Origin: Yuukianura sp. NJ FZ-2021
Taxonomy: Eukaryota
Direction: 5' to 3'
Assembly (NCBI GenBank): GCA_046563655.1
Contig: CM102284.1
Location: 7,006,001 to 7,070,000, forward strand
Length of the DNA stretch: 64,000 nt
Shown: one piece after another, positions 1 to 10,600 of the stretch
How positions within the stretch are numbered: position 1 is the first letter of the stretch
Layout of the letters: every line of letters begins with the position of its first letter
Made by a program: the position numbers and the translations under genes
The notes under the pieces: generated by a model
Databases searched by the model: none
Told to the model about the DNA's origin: nothing
What the model saw: only the letters and a program-made list of their open reading frames with translations

Positions 1-1
1 A

Positions 2-148
2 TCCCGCCTCGAGGATTTTCGTGAAATGGATCACGGCGGACGCCTTTACGTTTCGCAGCTGAACTCAGGACGTCGCGAGCACCGCGGCGGTGGAAACGCT
101 CCATTTACAACTGAATACCAATCGTCCTTCAACGCATCAAAAGCTTAA
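2..148 (+). CDS. Probable 3'-terminal coding fragment of an unidentified gene entering from the left edge
   Basis: GC-richer open frame 2-148 (SRLEDFREMDHGGRLYVSQLNSGRREHRGGGNAPFTTEYQSSFNASKA*) ending TAA, followed by AT-rich sequence with AATAAA at ~265. No recognisable domain. Confidence 0.35.
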   Translation, partial: SRLEDFREMDHGGRLYVSQLNSGRREHRGGGNAPFTTEYQSSFNASKA

Positions 149-769
149 CAGTTAAAATTCTAAACTAATCCGAAAACTTCTGCTCGCAATGTTAAAATTT
201 TGTAAAATTCCTAGAGTTGCTAAATTAGTTAAGCGCACGAATCCAAACAAAAATTTCCTTTTTGAATAAAGTTTAAAAATTCGGTCGAAAAATTAAAATC
301 TTCTAAAAACACAGCCGAATTTTTTGAATACAGAAAGATATTCAAAAGCAATTAAAAAAATATGAAAATATCGACAATTGAAGTTACAAAAACTTCTACG
401 CCGCTTGAAAAATTAAAAATTTTAGATATGGTAACAAAGTATAAAATATATAGACTGAATATTTTTAAATTTCAACTGACGTCGAGGGAAATTAAAAAAA
501 AAATTATGATTTCTACAATAAAATTTGAAAATAAATTCACACAGTTTTTAGACATTATGCGAATAACGTTTTTTTATGTCCAACTTTTAAATAAGTGTAA
601 AAAATGACAGGTTGATGTTAATAGACAGAAGTAAAATTAAATCCACTGTTGAACATTAGAGACTCTTCCATATAACTTGCATTCAAAATTTGCAAAATTT
701 TGCAACAGAATTATGTGAATTTTCGAATTACTTAACTTTACTTAACCTAACCTTTTTGAATTAGAAAGA

Positions 770-1027
770 TTCTTTGGATCATTCTGAATTTTTTCGTGAA
801 AGAATTCGTAATTTATTGCAATCCATTCCTGAGATATGAATTTTGAAAGTTTTGTAATTTTATGAAATTTTGGAAAGAGATTTTCCAATGTGAAGTTGGA
901 GGCTCCTCTGAAAAAGTGACAGGAGCTATGCGGGTATTAGGCGAAGCAAGAAGGCTACCTTTCTCAGCTTTTTTTCCCGCTGGCGGCCTCCCCATACAAA
1001 AAGCACACAAGAGCAAAAGAGCTATCT
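770..1027. repeat. Copy A of a diverged direct duplication (continues at ~3056-3085 beyond the foldback insertion)
   Basis: Shares long blocks with ~3625-3910, e.g. ccattcctgagatatgaatttt, gaaattttggaaagagattttcca, gctatgcgg..attaggcga, tttttcccgc, cccatacaaaaa. Confidence 0.75.
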
Positions 1028-1130
1028 TATGGAGGGATTTTAGTAGCAAAACTAATTAAAGTTTCCCCCGCCAATTAACGTTTCCCCAATTAAAAAATTT
1101 AACTTTCGCCAATTTATTAATTGGCGAAAA

Positions 1131-1326
1131 TTTAAACGGCGAAAAGTTAATTGGGGGGATTTTAAACGGCGAAAAGTTAATTGGGGAAATTTTAAACGGC
1201 GAAAAGTTAATTGGGGGGAATTTAAACGGCGAAAAGTTAATTGGGGGGATTTTAAACGGCGAAAAGTTAATTGGGGGAATTTTAAACGGGGAGAAGTTAA
1301 TCGGCGAAACTTTAACCGGCGAAAAG
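1131..1326. repeat. 30-bp tandem array (two 15-bp subunits) in the left foldback arm
   Basis: Unit tttaaacggcgaaaagttaattggggggat, 5 near-identical copies plus 1 diverged copy and a partial one. Confidence 0.95.
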
Positions 1327-2780
1327 TGAGTGTTTCCCGTCAATAGATTTCTCCCCCCAATTGATTTGACAAAAATACTCAGGAGTGACACCGGGCACCT
1401 GTAATATATGGGCACCCAAATTATTTCATAATTATTTTAAACATTATATAAATTAAATTAAACTAATTTTAAAACTAATTAAAATCTCCAATTATTTTTA
1501 ATTAATATTTAGCACACTTAGTTTATCATTAATTAACTTATAATACATTAATGATAGAATTTAATGTTGCCCATGTATGATGTAGGCGTTGTGACATGGT
1601 AAATGACTTTTTCATTTACCATTTTGTTTTGAAATCATATAGAATCATACAAGTTCTCAGGTTTCAAACCGATTTAACCAATTTAAATTAAGTTTAAATT
1701 TCTAAGTTGAAGTCAGGTGCCTGGTCTAAAGAAAGTCATGTCAGTTGAAGCAACTGCTGCTGAGAGCATTTCTGGATACCAGTTTCTCAACACCCTAAAG
1801 GTCAGTGCATAATGAATTTGTAAAGGGCCCCATAATTTTCAATCGTGTTGAGCTTAACCAAAGTCAAACTTAATGCAGTATATTAATTAACTTTTCAGAG
1901 CAGCAAACTTGAATCATTATTTGAACGATCTCATTGCGTCTTTTCCAGACTGTCCCCGGATTGCTAATGCTGAGGAAAATGAACACTACCACATGTAGGA
2001 GGATGCGAGCTCACATCAGCCTGTGCGAGACACTGGCTCATTAATCGTCATTAATCATTAATCGTAAAATAGTTAACAAAAATAAATCCTCCCACATGTC
2101 GTAGTCTTCATTTTCCTCAGCATTAGCAATCCGGGGACAGTCTGGAAAAGACGCAATGAGATCGTTCAAATAATGATTCAAGTTTGCTGCTCTGAAAAGT
2201 TAATTAATATACTGCATTAAGTTTGACTTTGGTTAAGCTCAAGAACACGATTAAAAATTATGGGGCCCTTTACAAATTCATTATGCACTGACCTTTAGGG
2301 TGTTGAGAAAATGGTATCCAGAAATGCTCTCAGCAGCAGTTGCTTCAACTGACATGACTTTCTTTAGACCAGGCACCTGACTTCAACTTAGAAATTTAAA
2401 CTTAATTTAAATTGGTTAAATCGGTTTGAAACCTGAGAACTTGTATGATTCTATATGATTTCAAAACAAAATGGTAAATGAAAAAGTCATTTACCATGTC
2501 ACAACGCCTACATTATACATGGGCAACATTAAATTCAATCACTAATGTATTATAAGTTAATTAATGATAAACTAAGTGTGCTAAATATGAATTAAAAATA
2601 ATTGGAGATTTTAATTAGTTTTAAATTTAGTTTAATTTAATTTATATGTTTAAAATAAATATGAAATAATTTGGGTGCCCATATATTACAGGTGCCCGGT
2701 GTCACTCCTGAGTATTTTTGTCAAATCAATTGGGGGGAGAAATCTATTGACGGGAAACAAAAGCTTGCGGGAAGCACTCA

Positions 2781-2946
2781 CTTTTCGCCGGTTAAAGTTT
2801 CGCCGATTAACTTCTCCCCGTTTAAAATTCCCCCAATTAACTTTTCGCCGTTTAAAATCCCCCCAATTAACTTTTCGCCGTTTAAATTCCCCCCAATTAA
2901 CTTTTCGCCGTTTAAAATCCCCCCAATTAACTTTTCGCCGTTTAAA
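2781..2946. repeat. 30-bp tandem array (inverted) in the right foldback arm
   Basis: Unit atccccccaattaacttttcgccgtttaaa, one copy fewer than in the left arm. Confidence 0.95.
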
Positions 2947-3624
2947 TTTTCGCCAATTAATAAATTGGCGAAAGTTAAATTTTTTAATTGGGGAAACGTT
3001 AATTGGCGGGGGAAACTTTAATTAGTTTTGCTACTAAAATCCCTCCATACTATCTCGCCTCTTCGCTTCGTATAATATCCGATCTACTTTTCTGCTCTCC
3101 CAAAGGCCTCCCATGTAAAAGACTCTTCAAAAACTTGAACTTGGAGATCACGCTCATTTCCACAGCTAGTACTTTCTACGACTGAAGTCCACAGATAGTA
3201 CATCCCCCGAATCTCCTTTGCAAATATCCTTACACTTAATTTCGCATAAAAATTTGCAAACAATCTTACATTTAAAATGTTTCGAAATTTCGAAATAAAA
3301 AAACTGTATGTCTTTTCTTCCCTCTCGAACTATCTAATATACGTAATACACTTTAGAAATTTGCAAAACATGCTGGCAGCATTCGTTTGTTCCCGTTTTA
3401 CAAAATTTTAAAAATTTCAATCTTGCAGAGATTTCTGCGAATCCATCACTCGATTCAACTTGCAAAACTTCTTTTTGCATAGCGTGCTGCGAAAATTTTG
3501 CACACAACGCATCTACGCATCTTCAAAATTTTTAAGAAATCAAAAAAAAAATTCCTGGACTATAGTCCATGGCTTTTGTCAAAAATCAATCAAATTTTGG
3601 ATTGCAGTTTTTTGTGCTGAAAAT

Positions 3625-3910
3625 ATTCTAGAGATCATTCTGAATTTAGATGTGAAGAGATTAGGTTGATAACGCATTCCATTCCTGAGATATGAATTTT
3701 TTAAGATTTTGAATTTTCTGAAATTTTGGAAAGAGATTTTCCATTGAGATGATGGAGAGTCCTCTGAAAAAAGTGTCAGAAGCTATGCGGAGATTAGGCG
3801 ACCCAGAAAGGCTCCTCTCCTTTCTCAATTTTTTTCCCGCCTTCCCATACAAAAAAGCTAAAAAGCCAAAGAAGGGGAAGCCCTTTTTGCTTTGTAGAAT
3901 CCCCGATCTC
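3625..3910. repeat. Copy B (uninterrupted) of the diverged direct duplication
   Basis: Aligns by eye with 770-1027 joined to 3056-3085 (gccctttttgctttgtagaatccccgatct vs gcctcttcgcttcgtataatatccgatct). Confidence 0.75.
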
Positions 3911-4189
3911 AAATTGTCAAAATTTAGTTTTGACACTTTTGAATTCAACAAATTACAAAATTCAAAAAATTTCAACTTTCTCGCAATTTCTTCGACTCCA
4001 TCCATCTGTTAAAGTTGCAGAACGTCATTGCACATCCTTTAGTGCAAACATTTCGCAAAAAAGATCATTTTCAGAATGTTTTTTCAAAAAATTCACGGAA
4101 TTAATTGTTTTGGAAGTTTAAATCAACGCATTACAATTTTTTTTGAAATTCAAAACACGAGGAACTCGTTTTATTTTCATTTTAGCGTT

Positions 4190-4405
4190 CAACTTTTTGC
4201 TAAAATATTAGAATTTTCTTGAAAAAAAAATTCTATTTTCTGTTGTTACATCTTCACGCCGTCTAAAATTTTTCACTTATTCTCGTAGCTAATTTCTGCT
4301 TAACAACCATAGCGGAAAATAATTAATTTTTATGCGGCGTCTAAGTTGTAGCAATAAAAACTTTCCTTTCTTCTTTGAATTTCAAAATTAACAAAACCAA
4401 ATTAA
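4190..4405. repeat. Interspersed repeat fragment, copy 1
   Basis: Reverse-complement match to ~46738-46950 (cacgccgtctaaaa...attaatttttatgcggcgtctaagttgtagcaat...tctttgaatttcaaaatt...aaaaccaaatta). Confidence 0.7.
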
Positions 4406-4624
4406 ATTTTAAAACGTATAACATATTTTGCCCAAACTTCATCGCACGTCAAACATTGCAAAATAAAATTTCACGTGATTTGCCCAGTGCAAAAATTTTG
4501 CAACAAAAATCTACCAAAAAACACAGCGTTAAGTTGAAAACTTCAACGTGTGAACGCTCCAGCCTTTGTTTTTGTCAATGTAATTATAATTGTAACTTTA
4601 ATTGTTCATACTTAACTATCACAA

Positions 4625-7600
4625 TTAACTTGATGAGCAATTTAAAATAGAAGAAGCAACTGCCACTCCATTGCTAACTCCTCTCCAACAATCCGACGAC
4701 GCAACGTCTCTGCTTTGATACTGTTTCCGTGCAAAGGCGAGGAACACTTCCTCCAACGTTGTTTCACTGACGCTGTAGTCATCAATAACGTCTGCATGGA
4801 TCTTCTTGCATTCCTCTACGATGTCAAATATCGTGTTCCAGGGCATCTCCGTATTTTGAATTTGATATTGGAGTACATTCTGTTAAAATTCAAATCAAAA
4901 GTGAGTTTTCACAATCAAAAGGCATGAAATTTTTCAAAATTCAAGGGTTTAGGTCAAAGGTCAACCTGATGCTCGTCCTTGAGTTCACAGGGATGCAGTT
5001 TCTGGAGAATATCTTTTTTGAGTGCATAGGCTGCGGGGTCATCTGACTGCATGTCAGTCTTCAAGCGCAAAACTAAGCTAAATCCTTTGGCAAATTTCCG
5101 CTTCAAATGCTGCACTCCGCCGAGACATTGCAGCTGACCGTTGACCATGATTCCAAGTCTGGAGCAGAGAGCTTCACATTCCTCCATACTGAAATTCAAC
5201 AAAAAAATAGTTTAAAAATTGTAAAAATTTGAAAACATTAAAATTAAACAGAGATTTTATTCTCAAGTTTTTTTACGACAATTTTAGTACATTTTAACTC
5301 GTAATTTTATTCCGAGCGGCACACAAGCTAGATTTTGAAGCTAGGAGTCAGTTTTAAACTTTTTGTTTTTTAGAACAAGGCAACGAACTTCTAAAAAAAA
5401 GGTGAAACTGCGCATTACGTTTTGCTTTTACTCTTGCTTTCTCCCATCCCATTGATTTTCCAGGAAAAGTTTGTAGTCAAAAGTTGAAAACGCAGTGATT
5501 TCCAGTGTATTGCGAGGAATACAAGAGAAAGTGAAGGTGCTAAGTGATCAATCTGGTTGGATTTTATAATGGCAGGGGGTCTTCAATGTCAATTGCCCCC
5601 CTACTTCTTCCCAATCCCTCCACCGCCCCCGCTTCCAGAAGCACTTCTAGCTGTCGAACTGAGTCTAGTGGCCAAACTAAAGTCAATTCCTATTCCGCCT
5701 CCAGTGAGCTACATCTACTCTCCGCTGGACTACGCATTTGAACCACATGCTGACTATGTTCGGAAGTACGCTCAATCCAGAAAGAAAATACTGTTTCTCG
5801 GAATGAATCCAGGGTAAGAAAATTCCAAAAATTAAAATTTTTAACTTTTTAAAAAAAAAAACATATTCTGAATTTAGGCCGTGGGGAATGAGTCAGACGG
5901 GCGTTCCATTTGGGGAAGTAAGTTTGGTAAAGAATTGGCTCAAGGTCCAAGGTCGTGTCGGGCGTCCCCAAGTGGAACATCCGAGCAGAGTCGTGGAAGG
6001 ATGGGGCTGTCCAAGGAGTGAGGTCAGTGGTCAGCGATTCTGGAGCTACTGGAAGGACCTATGTGGCGATCCAGAACTTTTGTTTCACTACGCTTATGTA
6101 CACAACTACTGTCCCTTGGCTTTTATGAAGGTAACTGAGCTCAACCTTTCAGGAATTTTCTCTAAAGCTTCGAAATTTTAGTGTTCCTGTCTAAAAATTT
6201 AAAAATTTCTAGGATTCCGGTAGAAACGTAACTCCGCCAGAACTGAAAGCAAAAGAACGGAATCAAATTTTCTCGGCCTGTGACGAAGCCCTTCTCAAAG
6301 TAATTCAGCTCCTGACACCCGAAATTGTCATCGGAGTTGGAAAATTTCCTCAACAGCGAACACAACTCGTTTTGCAAGGCGCTGGAATCACCAACGTCCG
6401 AGTCGAATCCATTCTCCATCCAAGTCCAGTCAATCCCACTGCTAACAAAGGCTGGAGAGACGTTATTCATCGTCAATTAGGCGAAATGGGTGTCCTGCCC
6501 TACTTTTGTCGCCAAACTGACGTGTCGTAAAGCGACATCGCTGCGCAGTGCTTTAGGCACAACGATTCGTCCCGGTGCTTGCGCTCCGAGGAACAACTCA
6601 GAGATTTAAAATGCTCACGAAGTACAAAGACAATTTCGAACGAACTTTGTTGTTGGCCAAACCACTTTTGCCAAATTGACGGCTAAACCCCGCCCCTTTT
6701 CTAAAAAAGAAATCGGAGTTTTTAGAAAACTAGCTCAGTAACGAACTATCATTAATGCTAACTAGGACGAAGACTATGCCACGGTCTTCCAGTAAAATTT
6801 TATGGTTCAAACCCAAACTGATGAGATTTGAATCTCTTGTCAGGCCTTTTTGTTTTGAAAATCCCATTGGTGGAAATATTGAAATTAGGGAGTTCATTGA
6901 TAAATGTTACTTAAAATATAACTATTAAGGAGCTTTAATAAATAAAAATATGGTACCTTACCTATGTGAAGTGAGTATGACACATTGACCAGTTCCCTTG
7001 AGCGACGAAATTACTTCCCAAAATTGACGTCGTGCCACTGGATCGACGCCACTCGTAGCTAAAAAAAAAGAATCATAATGCATAAAAATCTAACATTCGA
7101 ATCCACAGTTAATAGTTTCCCATATTCCCATTGAACTTTCAAAGAAAATTCTGAAATATGTTTACAACTAAAATTAGAAAAGTATTGTTTGCGTTTCTTA
7201 CGTTCATCGAGTAGAACAATGGGTGGATCACCAATCTTCATTTCAAAAGAAAAACATTAACTAAGTACTTAGTTTGAAGTTGTTAAAAAAATTGGAAATC
7301 TTACCATGGCCATTCCAACACTTAGCCGACGTCGCATTCCACCGCTGTATTTTTCTGATTTAACGTTTCCGGCTTTGAGCAATCCAAGTTTATTGAGCCA
7401 TTTGTTCACTTCTGCGTCACGTTTTGCCGTAGGGACTCCACGCAGATTTGCAAACAGATTCAACATTTCACGTCCAGTCAGTACACCAATTGTCGCGTCA
7501 AACTGTGGACAGTAGCCAATGTTTGACAGAAAGTCTTTCCGGTTCGACTGGAGTGTTCGAAGGCAACCGTAGGCATTCTACAAAGTACAAAAAAAGAGGA

Positions 7601-10600
7601 TCATATTTGAAAATAAGGTGCCCAAAATTCAATATTTCGGAATTGGTTTGAAAAGTTTTCAAAAATGCTCACCCCACTCGATGGCACTTCATCACCTGTA
7701 ATCATCTTGAACGTAGTGGTTTTCCCCGCTCTAACAATGAAAAGCAAACAACATTAGCAAATCCGATTCAGTGTAAGTATGAAATGTCAAAGGTCACTGA
7801 CCCGTTAACCCCAAGGAGCCCAAAACACTCTCCATGATGAACTCCAAAGTTGAGGTTGGCCACTGCAGCCAAATTTCCATAACTTTTGCTAAGATTTGTA
7901 ACAATGAATCCATCTTCTTCAGTTCTAGCTGTTTGCAAAAGGTCTTTGACTCGTGCTTTTTCTGCCAAAACGTCTTCATCTTCAACTGCATGATGCGTAA
8001 ATCGTCTGTTTGATGTTCGGCAAAACAGGCGCCAAATGCATCTTCTGATTCCGCCAAATTCAATCAAAACAAACACAATTTGGTAGAAGAGGCCCATCAC
8101 AAACATCCAGAATACTTCCTGCGGAATTCCAGGAAGATCAACTTTGGAGTCTTTGTCAAACTTGTAGGTCCAATTCATGTAACTCTCAGGAACAAAACAA
8201 CTTGGACCAAACACATTTACAAAATCGGCACAGTTATCTGAAAATTTCAAAAAATCATCCTCAGACGACTTTTCCATAAACTTTCAAACTTTTCTAAAAA
8301 TTACCGCAACATTGAAGCAGTTGTGGATCTACTTCCAACTCGGGGTTACAGAACAGTTGCTTGTCCTCTGGAGTAAGAACGGCACAACGACTGTTTTGTT
8401 TTGCAAGGGACGCAAACCGCATGATACTCGCTGATGCTCCGAATGTCGGCATGAGTCTGCCGACGTAATTGATTGGATTGGTGTCAAGGTCTTTTTGGAA
8501 ATTGTTTATAACAAAAATGATAATCGGCAGAAGCATTCCTAAAAAAACAACAAAATCAACGTATAAATATTCCAATTCTTGAAAAGTCCGAAATTTTGAG
8601 AACCTTAACACGAACTTACCAAAAATGATGTTGAGCACAGTTTTTACAGCAAATCCACCAGCTGGCGTTGAGACAATAAAGCTGAAGAAATAGGCAAAGG
8701 AAAGCGACGAGTAGCCCCAAACAACAAGAACCAGCAACAAAACAACTACGGGTCAAAGGTCAAAATTAAAGTCAACAAGGGTCATGTCAATTTTTTAATC
8801 ACTAAAGGTTAAGGTAGGACTTACGGAGTCCATTGTTTGAAGTATAGGCCGCATCCGTTTCGAAAATGGGGAAACATATGATGATGACGAGATTGGCGAG
8901 CATAATCAACATCAAATCCCACAGAAACGAAGTTCCCCAGAAGACGATGGCGTTGACCCCGGTCATCAGCTGAAGTTGCTTGGCCTGAAGGGTCAAAGGT
9001 CAAGATTAAAAAGAAATTCAATGCAGTAAAATTAGTAATTTTCCGAGGACAATAAATCTACTGACCTTGGACGTCCTTTCTTCAATTGGAAAAACAATGT
9101 AACTGGCAGCAAAGAGCGACAGACCAATGGGAACCAGGGCGCCAAAAATGATTGGCGAGAAGAACCACAGCGATAGATTGGGTTGAGCAGCTTCCAGAAC
9201 GTTGAACAGTTCGTTCTGCAGCGGGTAAACAGTGACTTCAATAGAAAAGTCATCCTGAGGAGCATGAGCCTTCAGCAAAGTGTTGGTCACAAGGTTAACG
9301 GAAAGTGGAGCGGCATGATGAGGAATGGACGAAAACAAGGCAGTGACCAAACTTGAATTGAAATCCGCTCCAACGATGTACTCTTGTCTAAATTTCCCCA
9401 AATCCACTGCCCCCAAGGTCACCAACTCGCCTTGAAGGTCTTCCTCAACTCGGGTCACTCTTTCCCCTATTTGTTTCTCGTAGATATCAGCAACACTCTG
9501 CAAAACAAGAAAAAATGTCAGAAAAGTAAGTTTTTAGTTTTCGAAATTTTAATTCTGAAATCAAAATTCCCGAAACTCACGTCATTTGTGGCATAAAATA
9601 AAGTTTGCGGTTGTTGATACGAGTCAAGTGTCATGCGAAGTGGTGGTGAATTTGTTCCTGGTTTGGACGTAGTTTGACTCAAGTAAATTGCACCGATAAC
9701 CATAAGCGGTGAAATTAAGAACTGCGTAAGGAGAAGTTTGCGCTTACGCAGAGCGTAAACCATTTTCTTTTTCAGCAGTGCAAAAATCTGGTTCTTGAGT
9801 AACGTTGACCCTTTGACCTTGTCATCTTCCAAATCTGAAAACCGAACGCTCTCAAAATTCAGAAAACCAAAAACAACATTTTTTTTAATCATTAAAAACT
9901 CACGTGTTCTGGAACCATTTCGATCACCGTTCATTGACGAAAACGAAGTGGTCCGAATTTCCTCTGCTTTGATCTGTTTGTCTTCAATTTCACTTAGCTC
10001 AGCAGTTGTACTCTCTTCAGCTTCACCAATTCTAAAATGTTCAATTTTCCAAGCTCTACAATTTTGATGTTTGGAAATTCCAAATTGAAATCATGTTTTC
10101 AAAAACGTACTTGATAAAGACTTCGTCCATTGTTGTCAGTGAAAGTCCAATGTTGATAATCCCCAGGCTTTCTTTTTCATTGTTGAGATCCAGGAACATG
10201 CTAGGAAATGTTGCAGTGGTGTCCTCTTCTGATGGAATTGCTATTGACAATTCCGCAGCATTCGGAGCATGATCCGTTTTTGGAAAAGCTTTCGGAAAAT
10301 GTTTTTGAACTTTGAGTAGAATTTGTTCATAGTCACTCAGCTTGGGGTCAACGGTCATCTTAAGGGTATAGCCCGTTCCGTAAAACTTTTTCAAAAACAT
10401 TGGAGTTCCGTAACACTCAATTCTTCCATGTGACATAATAGCGACACGATCTCCTAGAATGTCAGCCTCTTCCATGAAATGTGTCGTAAGAATAATTGTC
10501 CGCTTCCCACGCATTTCCTAATTTCGAAAACAAAATTTAAACATTTCGAAATTAAAAGGAAACAGTTCTACAACTTACGAGTAGCAAATCCCAGATCCCA

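Larger units (their letters stand above)
1028..3049. mobile_element. Non-autonomous foldback DNA transposon (~975-bp inverted arms, ~80-bp spacer, 6-bp TSD); termini resemble IS3EU
   Basis: Left arm 1028-~2004 is the reverse complement of right arm ~2086-3049. Termini TATGGAGGGATTTTAGTAGC...GCTACTAAAATCCCTCCATA. CTATCT is duplicated at 1022-1027 and 3050-3055. No transposase ORF. The superfamily assignment is from recalled terminus/TSD signatures only. Confidence 0.9.

Noticed and set aside
1131-1326. 30-bp repeats as a CRISPR array
   Set aside because: Units are head-to-tail with no unique spacers, there are no cas genes, and the context is eukaryotic.
1056-3025. ORFs 1056-1415(-), 2671-3021(+) and 2675-3025(+) with PINFSPFKIP / QLTFRRLKSP repeats
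   Set aside because: They are translations of the 30-bp array in the foldback arms; the frames are open only because the unit length is a multiple of 3.
1028-3049. Palindrome as an amplification or assembly chimera
   Set aside because: The exact 6-bp TSD, the collinear flanks on either side and the differences between the arms argue for a real insertion; long reads would settle it.
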